Shown here one piece after another: positions 9,370-19,115 of a stretch of 64,000 nt of DNA; position 1 is the stretch's first letter; each line of letters opens with the position of its first letter. The position numbers and the translations under genes were made by a program. The DNA comes from Candidatus Poribacteria bacterium (GTDB lineage Bacteria > Poribacteria > WGA-4E > JAJDTR01), in assembly GCA_965222225.1 (NCBI GenBank), contig CBDCTK010000002.1, forward strand, positions 4,864,001 to 4,928,000. Reading direction: 5' to 3'. The notes below the pieces were generated by a model. The model saw only the letters and a list, made by a program, of their open reading frames with translations, was not told the DNA's origin and searched no databases.

Positions 9370-10395
9370 ATGATTTTATCAAACTCAAGGTTAAAAGGCG
9401 CGCAATCGTGTTTCTGTGCTGTCGTTCTACTCGCTTTTGTCTGCGCGCTCAGTTCCGCGTCGGCAGAAATCAAACTGACTGATAGCCTATCTGTTTCAGG
9501 CTTTTTGGATATGTCATCCACTACGACTAGCGGCGGTGATGAGACAGAAATAGGTTTATCTTTCGATCAGTTCGAGCTAGATTTCAAGATTGAACAGGGT
9601 TCGGTCACCGGGTATGTTGACATCGACAGTACCGGTGCAGACGCAGGAATAAAGTTGGAACAGGGGTATGTGACCTATTCGCTGCCCGAATCGACCGTTT
9701 CCGGCGTGAGCATCAAAGCCGGACGATTCCTCAGCGCAATGGGGTTTGAAGCCGCAGAGCCGACTGGCCTGTTTCAATACTCCTTTTCCGAGGGAATACC
9801 GTATCCCGCTTACCAAAACGGTATCGGAATTGACGTGAATCCCGCTAAACAGGTGGGAGTTTACGTGGCGCTCCTGTCTGGGGTCTGGGATGTGAATGAT
9901 ACCGATGTGAAGAATCCGGGTATCGAAGCGCAAATCGCATTGACTCCCATGGAGCAACTCACCGCGAAGGTCGGCTACGCCATGGACAAACTGGAAGACT
10001 ACTCACAGAGCGAACTCAACGCTTGGGTGCAGTTCACCCGGGGACCACTAACCCTCGCCGGAGAAATCGACATGTTGAAGAATTGGCCCACTGAGGACGA
10101 GGAAGGCATGGAATTCGTGGGCGATGGCATGCACTTTCTGGGGATGGCTAATGTTTCGCTTGCAGATATGATATCAGCGCCGGTCGCTGTAACGCTGCGA
10201 TTCAGTGGCATCAGTATCAGTAAAGAGTCATCCAACAGCGCCGATGATGCAGTCTCTAAAGAGTCCACAGGCACGGAGTTCACTCTTAGCCCTTCTTATG
10301 CAGTAACAGACAACTGGTTACTTCTCGCAGAATTTAAGCAGCGGCTTGACGCCGAAGAAACAATTATTGCCGTCGAATCACTTTTTACATTTTAA
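9370..10395 (+). CDS. Outer membrane beta-barrel porin, putative urea/amide channel
   Basis: Signal peptide; amphipathic strands; EQGYV...GRFLSAMGFEAAEP motif; C-terminal Phe (LFTF); first gene of the urt operon. Confidence 0.75.
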   Translation: MILSNSRLKGAQSCFCAVVLLAFVCALSSASAEIKLTDSLSVSGFLDMSSTTTSGGDETEIGLSFDQFELDFKIEQGSVTGYVDIDSTGADAGIKLEQGYVTYSLPESTVSGVSIKAGRFLSAMGFEAAEPTGLFQYSFSEGIPYPAYQNGIGIDVNPAKQVGVYVALLSGVWDVNDTDVKNPGIEAQIALTPMEQLTAKVGYAMDKLEDYSQSELNAWVQFTRGPLTLAGEIDMLKNWPTEDEEGMEFVGDGMHFLGMANVSLADMISAPVAVTLRFSGISISKESSNSADDAVSKESTGTEFTLSPSYAVTDNWLLLAEFKQRLDAEETIIAVESLFTF

Positions 10396-10435
10396 CTCGG
10401 AACACGTAAACTCAAATTTCTAAGGAGGATTACAA

Positions 10436-11728
10436 ATGTTTCACACTGCACTGAAATTGCGCGGAATCATTGCAATTGGTATGCTACTCTTGACAGTTGG
10501 TATGTTCGGCGTCGGACATGTAGACGCCGCACATCACGAGGTAAAAATTGGTGTGCTCCACTCGCTGAGTGGCACAATGGCAATCTCCGAGACTTCCCTT
10601 AAGGACGTTGTTCTTATGGCTGTTGAAGAGATCAACGCTACTGGCGGTGTGATGGGTAAGCAGATTAAACCCGTGATCGTCGATCCGGCTAGCGATTGGG
10701 ATCTATTCGCCGAAAAAGCAAAAGATTTGATCGTTAAAGAAGAAGTAGCTACGGTTTTTGGCTGCTGGACCTCCGTGAGTCGGAAGTCTGTTCTCCCAGT
10801 TTTCGAAGAGCACAATGCGCTCCTATTCTATCCGGTGCAGTACGAAGGTGAAGAACAATCACTCAACGTTTTCTACACCGCTGCAACCCCCAACCAACAG
10901 TTGGTCCCCGCCGTCCAATATATGATGGATGAAATCGGCGCCAAGAAGTTTTATCTGCTTGGGACCGACTATGTCTTCCCACGCACGGCAAACAAGGTGC
11001 TGAAGGCTTTCCTCAAGACCGAGGGTGTTCCTGATGAAAACATTGTGGAAGAATACACTCCCTTCCACCACCAGGACTACCAGACAATCGTCGACAAGAT
11101 TAAGAAGTTCGCCGCCGGTGGCGACGCCTGTGTGTTGTCAACAATCAACGGTGACAGCAACGTGCCGTTCTACAAGGAGTTTTCCAACCAAGGTCTGACA
11201 TCTGATGACTGTCCGATTATGGCTTTCTCGGTCGCAGAGGATGAATTACGCGCGATGGATGTCCCGCCCCTCGTCGGACACCTTGCCACGTGGAACTATT
11301 TTCAGAGCATCAATTCTCCTGAAAACAAGAAATTCGTGAAGAACTTCAAGGCGTTTTGCGAGAAAGAAAACCTGCCTGGCGGTTCGAAACGCGTAACAGA
11401 CGACCCCATTGAAGCCGCTTACTTTGGTGTCTACGTTTGGAAGGCAGCGGTCGAGAAGGCAAAATCCTTTGAGGTCGACAAGGTGCGTGAAGCCGTCTAC
11501 GGCTTGGAGTTTGATACTCCCGGCGGTATGAAAAAGATGCACGCCAACAACCAGCACACGCTCAAACCGGTTTACGTTGGCGAAATCATGAAAAACGGCC
11601 AGTTCAAGATTATCTACAAATCCGACGGACTGGTTTCACCCGATTCCTACAGCGCCTATCTCCATCCGGACGGCAATTTCCCTGCCCCGACCGGCGGCCC
11701 CAAGGGAACAACAACCACTGGCATGTAA
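10436..11728 (+). CDS. urtA: Urea ABC transporter substrate-binding protein
   Basis: VGVLHSLSGTMAISE-type start, FGCWTSVSRKSVLPVFE, YPVQYEG. Confidence 0.95.
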   Translation: MFHTALKLRGIIAIGMLLLTVGMFGVGHVDAAHHEVKIGVLHSLSGTMAISETSLKDVVLMAVEEINATGGVMGKQIKPVIVDPASDWDLFAEKAKDLIVKEEVATVFGCWTSVSRKSVLPVFEEHNALLFYPVQYEGEEQSLNVFYTAATPNQQLVPAVQYMMDEIGAKKFYLLGTDYVFPRTANKVLKAFLKTEGVPDENIVEEYTPFHHQDYQTIVDKIKKFAAGGDACVLSTINGDSNVPFYKEFSNQGLTSDDCPIMAFSVAEDELRAMDVPPLVGHLATWNYFQSINSPENKKFVKNFKAFCEKENLPGGSKRVTDDPIEAAYFGVYVWKAAVEKAKSFEVDKVREAVYGLEFDTPGGMKKMHANNQHTLKPVYVGEIMKNGQFKIIYKSDGLVSPDSYSAYLHPDGNFPAPTGGPKGTTTTGM

Positions 11729-11763
11729 TTCGGGTTGTTGGTTAACTGTTCACCTTTTTTCAT

Positions 11764-11819
11764 AGAGTTTGCAAAGCGTAAAGTATTATCCGGATTTACG
11801 CTTTGCGACTCTTTTTTTT
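11764..11819 (+). terminator. Hairpin plus U-tract after urtA
   Basis: GCAAAGCGTAAA...TTTACGCTTTGC followed by a T run. Confidence 0.7.
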
Positions 11820-11894
11820 GTGCTACTTAAACAACCTTTGCAGCAAGGCTCAACTCTCTCGACTCGCCTTCGACCAATATCCGGGACAAGTCAA

Positions 11895-13637
11895 ATGCCA
11901 AGAGTTACAATTCTCTATATCATCACGCTACTCATCACGCTACTCCTCACGTTACAATTCCCCAGCTTGGTGTTTCCCGGCTCTGCCAAATCTAACGACG
12001 ATTTCATTATCCGCGCCGAAGTCCAGAAACTTGCCGACGACAGTAGGTCAATTCGCAAGACAGCGGTTATGGCACTGGCAAAGAGCGGCGACATGCGCGT
12101 GGAGGCAATCTTGGAGTCGTTTAAATTGGGAGAACTCTATCTTTGGAACGATATAGTCATCTTGTGTAAAGAGACGTTTGAAGACGACAATTACAACGAA
12201 TTCTGTCGGCTTGCCGATGTATTGACCGGCGAACCGATGCTGGATGCAAGCGGGAAACAGTATGGAATCCCATTAGAAGAGGTGCAGGAAGTGGCGGCAT
12301 CACGAGCGGAACGTAAACTCGCAAACAACGCAAAGTTTTTCGTCAGGCTCTCGTCACCGGACAAAGAAATCCGCATGTCTGGCGCCAAAAAATGCGGCGA
12401 CCCGCCTGGCATAATCGAATCGGTCTCGCAGCTTGAGGTAATGTCAGAGAACGATCCGGTAAAAAAAATTCGGTATATTTCCAAAGAAAGCCTACTTCTC
12501 ATACGCTTGAATCAGACTTCCTTGGAAAGAGATTTGGCAGCACATCTTGCCATTGTCCGCGAGTTGGGAAAAATGAAGAGTATGCGCGGATTGCCGCGGT
12601 TGCAGGAAACGTTTGATGATTTAATGAAAGGACTTGAGCTTCCTGAAACCGCCAAGGAAGAGGCTAGGAAAACGTACAAATATTCAATCGACCAAATTAA
12701 CGGCTATCAAAGTTTTGTGGGGGGTGTCGGTAACATCTTTCGAGGGATTTCGCTTGGATCCGTTCTCATTCTCATGGCACTAGGTCTCGCCATTACATTC
12801 GGTCTGATGGGCGTCATCAATATGGCACACGGCGAGTTGATGATGATTGGGGCATACGCAACCTTCGAGATGCAGAGAGTGTTCGGTCATACCCCTGACA
12901 ATTTATCGGACTTGTATTATGTCGCGGCGCTGCCTGTCGCGTTTCTGTCGGCAGCACTCGTTGGCTACCTTATCGAAATTTTGGTTGTCCGTCACCTGTA
13001 TCAACGTCCACTGGAGTCACTGTTGGCGACGTGGGGGATTGGGCTGGTTCTTATTCAACTCGTGCGCATTCGATATGGCGACAACATCGGTGTCAACGCC
13101 CCAACATGGGCGCGAGGCGGGCTTGAAGTTGTGCAAGACCTCATCGTGCCTTACAGCCGTTGTTTTATCATCGTTCTGTGTGGCTTGTGTGTCCTACTCT
13201 TCTACTACCTGATGAACCACACCAAGCTAGGCTTGCGAATGCGAGCGACAATGCAGAATCGTAACATGGCAAACAGTGTAGGTGTAAATACATCGCGCGT
13301 GGACCGATACACCTTTGCCTTCGGCTCCGGAATCGCCGGGGTCGCTGGCTATGCGTGGACACTAATCGGCGGCGTCACTCCAGATATGGGACAGACCAAT
13401 TTCATCATTGATTCGTTTCTAGTTGTTGTTACTGGCGGCGTCGGCGAACTTATCGGTGTCGTCTGCTCCGGATTGGGGATTGGCGTACTGACCAAGGTTA
13501 TTGAACCAACGACAATCGGGCCTTTCGTGGTAGGGGCAATCTGGGCGAAAATTATGCTGCTAATTATCATTGTCGGGTTTATCCAGTTCAAGCCGGCGGG
13601 GCTGTTCGCACCGAAAGGTAGACTCAGCGATGTTTAG
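11895..13637 (+). CDS. urtB: Urea ABC permease with N-terminal periplasmic HEAT-like domain
   Basis: GLAITFGLMGVINMAHGELMMIGAY, RPLESLLATWG; ATG 11895 inferred. Confidence 0.93.
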   Translation: MPRVTILYIITLLITLLLTLQFPSLVFPGSAKSNDDFIIRAEVQKLADDSRSIRKTAVMALAKSGDMRVEAILESFKLGELYLWNDIVILCKETFEDDNYNEFCRLADVLTGEPMLDASGKQYGIPLEEVQEVAASRAERKLANNAKFFVRLSSPDKEIRMSGAKKCGDPPGIIESVSQLEVMSENDPVKKIRYISKESLLLIRLNQTSLERDLAAHLAIVRELGKMKSMRGLPRLQETFDDLMKGLELPETAKEEARKTYKYSIDQINGYQSFVGGVGNIFRGISLGSVLILMALGLAITFGLMGVINMAHGELMMIGAYATFEMQRVFGHTPDNLSDLYYVAALPVAFLSAALVGYLIEILVVRHLYQRPLESLLATWGIGLVLIQLVRIRYGDNIGVNAPTWARGGLEVVQDLIVPYSRCFIIVLCGLCVLLFYYLMNHTKLGLRMRATMQNRNMANSVGVNTSRVDRYTFAFGSGIAGVAGYAWTLIGGVTPDMGQTNFIIDSFLVVVTGGVGELIGVVCSGLGIGVLTKVIEPTTIGPFVVGAIWAKIMLLIIIVGFIQFKPAGLFAPKGRLSDV

Positions 13638-14817
13638 AAATGGCGCAGTCAAGCAATTGAGCGATTTTCTACAGGATGCGCGGATAGTAAAACAGTCATC
13701 CGCGCACAATCGCGGTATATCATTCCTCGTACCGTGGGTGCTGGTTTTTTTCGGATTAATCGTAATCCCGCTGCTTTACTATACCGGACTGATAACCATT
13801 GGTACGGTGAATATGCTCGGCCGATACATGGCGTTTGCAATTGTCGCTGTTGGGCTAGATTTGATTTGGGGCTACACAGGCATCCTGAGCCTCTGCCAAG
13901 CCTTTTTCTTTGCGCTGGGCGGTTATGCGATGGGGATGTATTTGGCGCACCACGGTGGTCCAGAGGGAATCATTGATGCCAACGGCTGGAAGATTCCAGC
14001 GTGCCTATATGTAGTTTATCCGTACAAGGTCGGCGAAGCCCCGGCAGACGCCCTCGTTCCATGGTTTTGGAAGCCGTTTTATACGCTCCCGCTCACGACG
14101 ATCTTGGGGCTGCTCATTCCGGGTTTAGCCGCACTGGCGATTGGCTATATCGGTTTTCGGAGCCGAGTTCGTGGTGTATACTTCGCCATACTGACTCAGG
14201 CGATTACTGTGGCGGGTTGGTTGGTGTTCTGCATGAACAACATGAAACTGTGCGGCACAAACGGATTGACACGGTTTGACCGAATTGCGGGATTCAAGCT
14301 GACAAATCCCAATGCCAAAGTGAGCCTTTATATTATCACACTATTGGCGCTCGCGGGTGTCTACCTCCTTTGCCAACATGTCGTGAAATCTCGCCTAGGA
14401 CGCATCCTCATCGCAATACGAGACGACGAGCCGACCTTGCGCTTTTCCGGTTATAAACCCTATATCTACAAGCTCTTTGCTTTCTGCCTAGCCGGAATGA
14501 TTGCCGGGTTGGGAGGTATGCTTTACGCGCCGCAGATGGGCATCTTCACGCCTACGAATATGGAGGCGAGCGCGTCAATTTTGGTCGTCGTCTGGGTGGC
14601 GGTTGGCGGGCGTGGGGTGCTTTCCGGTGCAATTCTCGGCGCATTGGCGGTGAATCTCCTCTATAACTTTTTTACTTCGGAGAGAAGTCTGTGGCTGCTC
14701 ACATGGAAAGCGGAGTATTGGCAATTTGTTTTGGGCGGGTTATTCATCGGCGTTGTTCTACTCTTCCCCGGTGGGTTAATTGACTTATGGCGTCGTCTGG
14801 TGGATACTCCAAAGTAG
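13630..14817 (+). CDS. urtC: Urea ABC permease
   Basis: GLDLIWGYTGILSL, RSRVRGVYFAILTQA, WVAVGGRG. Confidence 0.93.
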   Translation: MFRNGAVKQLSDFLQDARIVKQSSAHNRGISFLVPWVLVFFGLIVIPLLYYTGLITIGTVNMLGRYMAFAIVAVGLDLIWGYTGILSLCQAFFFALGGYAMGMYLAHHGGPEGIIDANGWKIPACLYVVYPYKVGEAPADALVPWFWKPFYTLPLTTILGLLIPGLAALAIGYIGFRSRVRGVYFAILTQAITVAGWLVFCMNNMKLCGTNGLTRFDRIAGFKLTNPNAKVSLYIITLLALAGVYLLCQHVVKSRLGRILIAIRDDEPTLRFSGYKPYIYKLFAFCLAGMIAGLGGMLYAPQMGIFTPTNMEASASILVVVWVAVGGRGVLSGAILGALAVNLLYNFFTSERSLWLLTWKAEYWQFVLGGLFIGVVLLFPGGLIDLWRRLVDTPK

Positions 14818-14841
14818 CAAGATAATGACCTATGCCCACGA

Positions 14842-15663
14842 ATGGAGCATATCGATTATAGTATGGATCAAGCTCATCGAATCGTCGAATACAAAGAATA
14901 CAGTCCTCGCGAAAACCGACTGTCCGAAGAAAAATATCTACTTTTTTTGGAAGATATAACTGCCGTTTTTGACGGTTTCAAAGCCTTAGATATTGAAGCA
15001 TTGGGCATTGAACACAATGAACTCCGTGTCATCATTGGCCCCAACGGTGCAGGCAAAACAACGCTCTGCGATGTTGTAAGCGGTAAAACACGCCCAACGA
15101 CCGGATACGTATTCTTCGATGGTGCCGATATTACCCAGCAGACGGAGGAAGAGATTGCATTGCGGGGCATCGGCAGAAAATTTCAAACCCCGACAGTCTT
15201 TGACAGCCTAACAACTTACGAAAATATGGAACTCGCTCTTCCCGGTCATTACCGTTTATGGTCAAACCTGTTTGGGTCAACTACGAAAGACCAGGAGGAG
15301 CGCATCCTGGAAATCTTGGAGCGTGTAGGACTTATCGATGAGTTGCATCGCGAAGCTAAGTACCTGAGTCATGGCCAACGTCAGTGGCTGGCGATTAGCA
15401 CTTTGATTCTATCGAATCCAAAACTGCTGCTCGTTGACGAACCTGCTGCCGGATTAACGGACGCGGAAACGGCATTGACGGCTGAACTCCTTCTTGAGTT
15501 AAAGGATGACCATACATTGATTGTTATCGAACACGATATGGATTTCGTGCGTCAACTGGATTCATACGTCACGGTGCTGAACGAGGGCGTTATCATGGCG
15601 GAAGGAATGATGCGTGAGGTACAGCAGAACGAAGAGGTCATTGAAGCGTATCTCGGCAGATGA
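14842..15663 (+). CDS. urtD: Urea ABC ATP-binding protein
   Basis: IGPNGAGKTT, GIGRKFQTPTVF, LSHGQRQWL, EAYLGR. Confidence 0.93.
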   Translation: MEHIDYSMDQAHRIVEYKEYSPRENRLSEEKYLLFLEDITAVFDGFKALDIEALGIEHNELRVIIGPNGAGKTTLCDVVSGKTRPTTGYVFFDGADITQQTEEEIALRGIGRKFQTPTVFDSLTTYENMELALPGHYRLWSNLFGSTTKDQEERILEILERVGLIDELHREAKYLSHGQRQWLAISTLILSNPKLLLVDEPAAGLTDAETALTAELLLELKDDHTLIVIEHDMDFVRQLDSYVTVLNEGVIMAEGMMREVQQNEEVIEAYLGR

Positions 15664-15705
15664 ATCATCTATATTCTTTAGAAGTACCGATGCCTATCTT
15701 AACCG

Positions 15706-15734
15706 TTGATCGGTTCGTAAAATCCTGCTATAAT
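15706..15734 (+). promoter_or_regulatory. sigma70-type promoter inside the urt operon
   Basis: TTGATC-N17-TATAAT with extended TG. Confidence 0.55.
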
Positions 15735-16129
15735 ACGGATGAGAGGTGATACCCACTTATGTAAGGGAGTTCCGACAGAAATTTGAGGCGTCCATTGAAA
15801 AAAAAACCTCGACAAATTACACCCATGAAGAACCTATGACCACGAATTATGCGAGAGTTCACCCGCTCAATCAACTTCAAGATATGAGATGCCTCCTTGT
15901 CGACACGCCTAGCCCAAGACTCATGGGCATCTTCGCCAGCCAATAATTGATCCTCAGTGCTCCATTCAACTATATCCATGATAAATGTTGTTTGGTTGAG
16001 TATGTGCCAAGCTACCGCTCGTTCGGTAACCTAGGGAATTGGGATGGCCCAGACTAATTCAACAGAGGCGTTTGGACGGCGATGATTTCAGCCCAAGCCC
16101 CAATTTTATAAAGCCTGTTTGGAGCAGAA

Positions 16130-17869
16130 ATGCTTACAAAACTGATTTGCCGTAATTTCAAATGCTTTGGGGAGGTCCGAATCGAATTGGGCAACCCGGT
16201 TGTCTTTATTGGCCCCAACAACTCCGGCAAAACAACGGCTCTACAAGCACTCGCGCTTTGGGATGTAGGTCTCAAGCGTTGGAACGAACACCGCAAAGGG
16301 AAACCGAGACCCGAAAGACGTCCGGGGGTTGCTATCAACCGACGCGATTTAATTTCCGTCCCTATACCGAGTGCTAGGCTGCTCTGGCAGAATTTGCGAG
16401 TTCGCGACGTCCAGCGGGTGAATAACCAGCAGCGCACCCAGAACATACGGATGGACATTATCGTTGAAGGCATTACCTTCGGCAGAAAATGGGTGTGTGG
16501 CTTGGAATTCGATTACGCCAACGAGGAGTCCTTTTACTGCCGCCCCCTTCGTTTGACTGAGGGGGACGGGGAGCCGTTACAACGAATGTCTATTCCTGAA
16601 GAGACGGCGAACCTTGATGTCGCCTTTCTTCGGCCTATGTCGGGGCTGGCGTCGAATGAAACACGACTCGATCCCGGGGCAATCAACGTTCGGGTTGGAG
16701 AGGGACGCACCGCGGAAGTACTTCGCAATCTATGTTTTCAGGTTTTGCATGAACGGCGAGACGAAGAAACTTGGGAAACGATTTGCCAACAGATTCGAGA
16801 ATTGTTCGGTGTTCGGCTTGATGAACCGGTCTACATTCAGGAACGCGGCGAGATTGAGATGACTTACCGAGACAGTTCAGGAGTCTCTCTTGCACTGTCG
16901 TCAGCCGGACTTGGGCTTCAACAAACGCTACTCCTGCTCGCCTATATTTCGGCGCGTCCGGGATCCGTCCTTCTACTTGACGAACCGGATGCACACCTTG
17001 AAATTCTTCGGCAAAGGCAAATTTACCAAATTCTTAGCGAGTTGGGGAGGAATCAGGACAGCCAAATCATAGCCGCCAGTCATTCCGAAGTCATTCTCAA
17101 CGAGGCAGCCGACCGTGATGTCGTCATCGCCTTTCTAGGAAAGCCGCATCGCATTGACGACCGGGGCGGTAGCCAGCTCCTGAAATCACTTAGGAAAATC
17201 GGTTTTGAGCAGTATTATCAAGCAGAGCAGAAGGGCTGGATTCTCTACCTTGAAGGCCCAACAAACCTCGCCATTCTACAGGCGTTTGCCGAAAAATTAG
17301 AGCACCCCGCAAAAGAGATATTGGATCGCCCGTTTGTATACTACGTTGGTAATGAACCGGGAACAGCGCGCCAACATTTCTATGGAATACGAGAGGCGAA
17401 AGCGGATTGTGTCGGATTCTGCCTTTTCGATCAGATGGACAACCAACTTCAAAACGCACCGGAATTACGAGAATACACGTGGAAGCGACGTGAGATAGAG
17501 AATTACCTTTGCCGAAAAGAGGTGTTAATCGCATGGGCGAAAGACATGGGAGAGGAAACTGAGGGCCCGCTATTTTCTCGACAATGGGTACATACAATGG
17601 AGGAAGCCATCTCAGAGACCGAGAAATGTCTTGAAACGCTCGGCAAGGGCTCGCCATGGTCGCCAGAAACTAAAGTTGGCGACGATTTTCTGAATCCTTT
17701 ATTTGATACCTTTTTCAAGAAACTAAAACTGGAAAATCTCATGCAACGGACAAACTACCACACCCTCGTTCAATATGTACCCTCGGACGGGATTGACCCT
17801 GAGGTATCGGATGTGCTTGATGGGATTTTGGAGATAGCCAACCAAGCGGCACCGATGACCGATGTGTGA
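16130..17869 (+). CDS. ABC/AAA_15-21 ATPase with C-terminal TOPRIM-like domain (OLD-like ATP-dependent nuclease)
   Basis: RNFK, GPNNSGKTT, LLLDEPDAHL, ASHS; C-terminal LYLEGPTN, FDQMD, RREIENY. Confidence 0.8.
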   Translation: MLTKLICRNFKCFGEVRIELGNPVVFIGPNNSGKTTALQALALWDVGLKRWNEHRKGKPRPERRPGVAINRRDLISVPIPSARLLWQNLRVRDVQRVNNQQRTQNIRMDIIVEGITFGRKWVCGLEFDYANEESFYCRPLRLTEGDGEPLQRMSIPEETANLDVAFLRPMSGLASNETRLDPGAINVRVGEGRTAEVLRNLCFQVLHERRDEETWETICQQIRELFGVRLDEPVYIQERGEIEMTYRDSSGVSLALSSAGLGLQQTLLLLAYISARPGSVLLLDEPDAHLEILRQRQIYQILSELGRNQDSQIIAASHSEVILNEAADRDVVIAFLGKPHRIDDRGGSQLLKSLRKIGFEQYYQAEQKGWILYLEGPTNLAILQAFAEKLEHPAKEILDRPFVYYVGNEPGTARQHFYGIREAKADCVGFCLFDQMDNQLQNAPELREYTWKRREIENYLCRKEVLIAWAKDMGEETEGPLFSRQWVHTMEEAISETEKCLETLGKGSPWSPETKVGDDFLNPLFDTFFKKLKLENLMQRTNYHTLVQYVPSDGIDPEVSDVLDGILEIANQAAPMTDV

Positions 17870-17889
17870 AGGTCAATAGAACAAGGAGA

Positions 17890-17945
17890 CGAGACGACGG
17901 GAAAGGCTGAAAGCGTGAAGACGTGAAAACGGGAAGACGAGAAAA
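17890..17945 (+). repeat. Seven tandem degenerate 8-mers (CGNGAARA)
   Basis: cgagacga cgggaaag gctgaaag cgtgaaga cgtgaaaa cgggaaga cgagaaaa. Confidence 0.8.
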
Positions 17946-17962
17946 GAAGCAGCGAGATTGCA

Positions 17963-18351
17963 ATGACCCAAAGAATTCAATTTCACTGGCAACTTGATGT
18001 CTATCAACTTTCCGTCGAAGCTGCGATGGAGATTTACGAAATATCTACGAAGTTCCCGAAAGAGGAAATCTACAGCTTAACAAATCAGATCCGTTGTGCC
18101 TCGCGTTCGATTTCTGGACAAATCGCTGAGGGCTGGAGACGCAGGAAATACAAGCGATGTTCGTCAATAAAATGAATGAGGCAGAGGGCGAAGCGGCTGA
18201 AACGCAGGTCTGGCTTGAGTATGCAGTGAAGTGCAAATACATGAGCCGAGACGACGCTACTCGTCTGCATAAGAAATATGATGAAATCCTTGGGAAACTG
18301 ATAAACATGGGAAACAACCCCGACAAGTGGGTACTCAAAATAAGAGAATAA
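17963..18351 (+). pseudogene. Four-helix-bundle (23S rRNA IVS-type) protein, one base missing near 18153
   Basis: LDVYQ...FPKEEIYSLTNQIR...IAEGW in one frame and EAEGEAAETQVWL in the next; adding one base gives 129 aa. Confidence 0.85.
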
Positions 18352-18362
18352 CGCGTGCCACA

Positions 18363-18400
18363 TCTTCTCGTTTTCCCGATGTCTCGTTTTCCCGTTTTCG
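18363..18400 (-). repeat. Inverted copy of the 8-mer array
   Basis: tcttctcg ttttcccg atgtctcg ttttcccg is the reverse complement of cgggaaaa/cgagacat/cgagaaga units. Confidence 0.8.
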
Positions 18401-18418
18401 TTCTTTTAAGGTAGGCCG

Positions 18419-19114
18419 ATGCTAAACGTCCAAAATCTTTCATTCTCGTACGGAGAAGTCCAAGTATTGCGCGGGATTGACCTGCACGTGCCCGCAGAGA
18501 CAATCGTCTCTGTGATGGGCAGGAACGGCGTGGGCAAAACAACACTGATGAACAATATCGTCGGACTGCTCAAACCGTCGACCGGCTCAATTCAGATTGA
18601 AGACCGTGAGCTTGCAGGCGTTTCGACACACCGCCGAATTCGCGCCGGGTTGGCATACGTGCCGCAAGGGCGCATGATTTTTCCCAAGCTTACCGTCGAG
18701 GAAAACCTGAAGGTAGGGCTTTCTGCGAGGGAAGACAAAAAGACACAAATCCCTGATGAGATATACGAGCTCTTCCCGGTTCTAAAAGAGATGGGAAAAC
18801 GCATGGGCGGTGACCTCTCCGGAGGTCAACAACAGCAACTTGCTATCGGACGCGCCCTTGTTACTGATCCGAAGGTGCTTATTCTCGACGAACCGACCGA
18901 AGGCATACAGCCGAACATCATCCAACAAATTGGAACGGTACTTCGAAGACTGGTGGAAACCCAACGGATGACGATTCTCATCGTAGAACAGTATCTCGAT
19001 TTTGTACGGGAAATTTGCCAACAGTTTTACATTATGAATCGAGGCGAGATCGTCGCACACGGCGAAACGGAGGCGCTTAGCCAGGGTATGATTCAGGAGT
19101 ACCTCAGCGTTTAA
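18419..19114 (+). CDS. urtE: Urea ABC ATP-binding protein
   Basis: MGRNGVGKTT, YVPQGR, LSGGQQQQLAIGRAL, DEPTEGIQPNII. Confidence 0.95.
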   Translation: MLNVQNLSFSYGEVQVLRGIDLHVPAETIVSVMGRNGVGKTTLMNNIVGLLKPSTGSIQIEDRELAGVSTHRRIRAGLAYVPQGRMIFPKLTVEENLKVGLSAREDKKTQIPDEIYELFPVLKEMGKRMGGDLSGGQQQQLAIGRALVTDPKVLILDEPTEGIQPNIIQQIGTVLRRLVETQRMTILIVEQYLDFVREICQQFYIMNRGEIVAHGETEALSQGMIQEYLSV

Positions 19115-19115
19115 G

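Noticed and set aside
11922-11957. 12-nt tandem repeat in the 5' part of urtB
   Set aside because: In-frame ITLL duplication within the signal/TM segment; does not shift the frame.
17963-18351. Diversity-generating retroelement (Avd-like gene)
   Set aside because: No reverse transcriptase and no TR/VR pair differing at adenines in the window.
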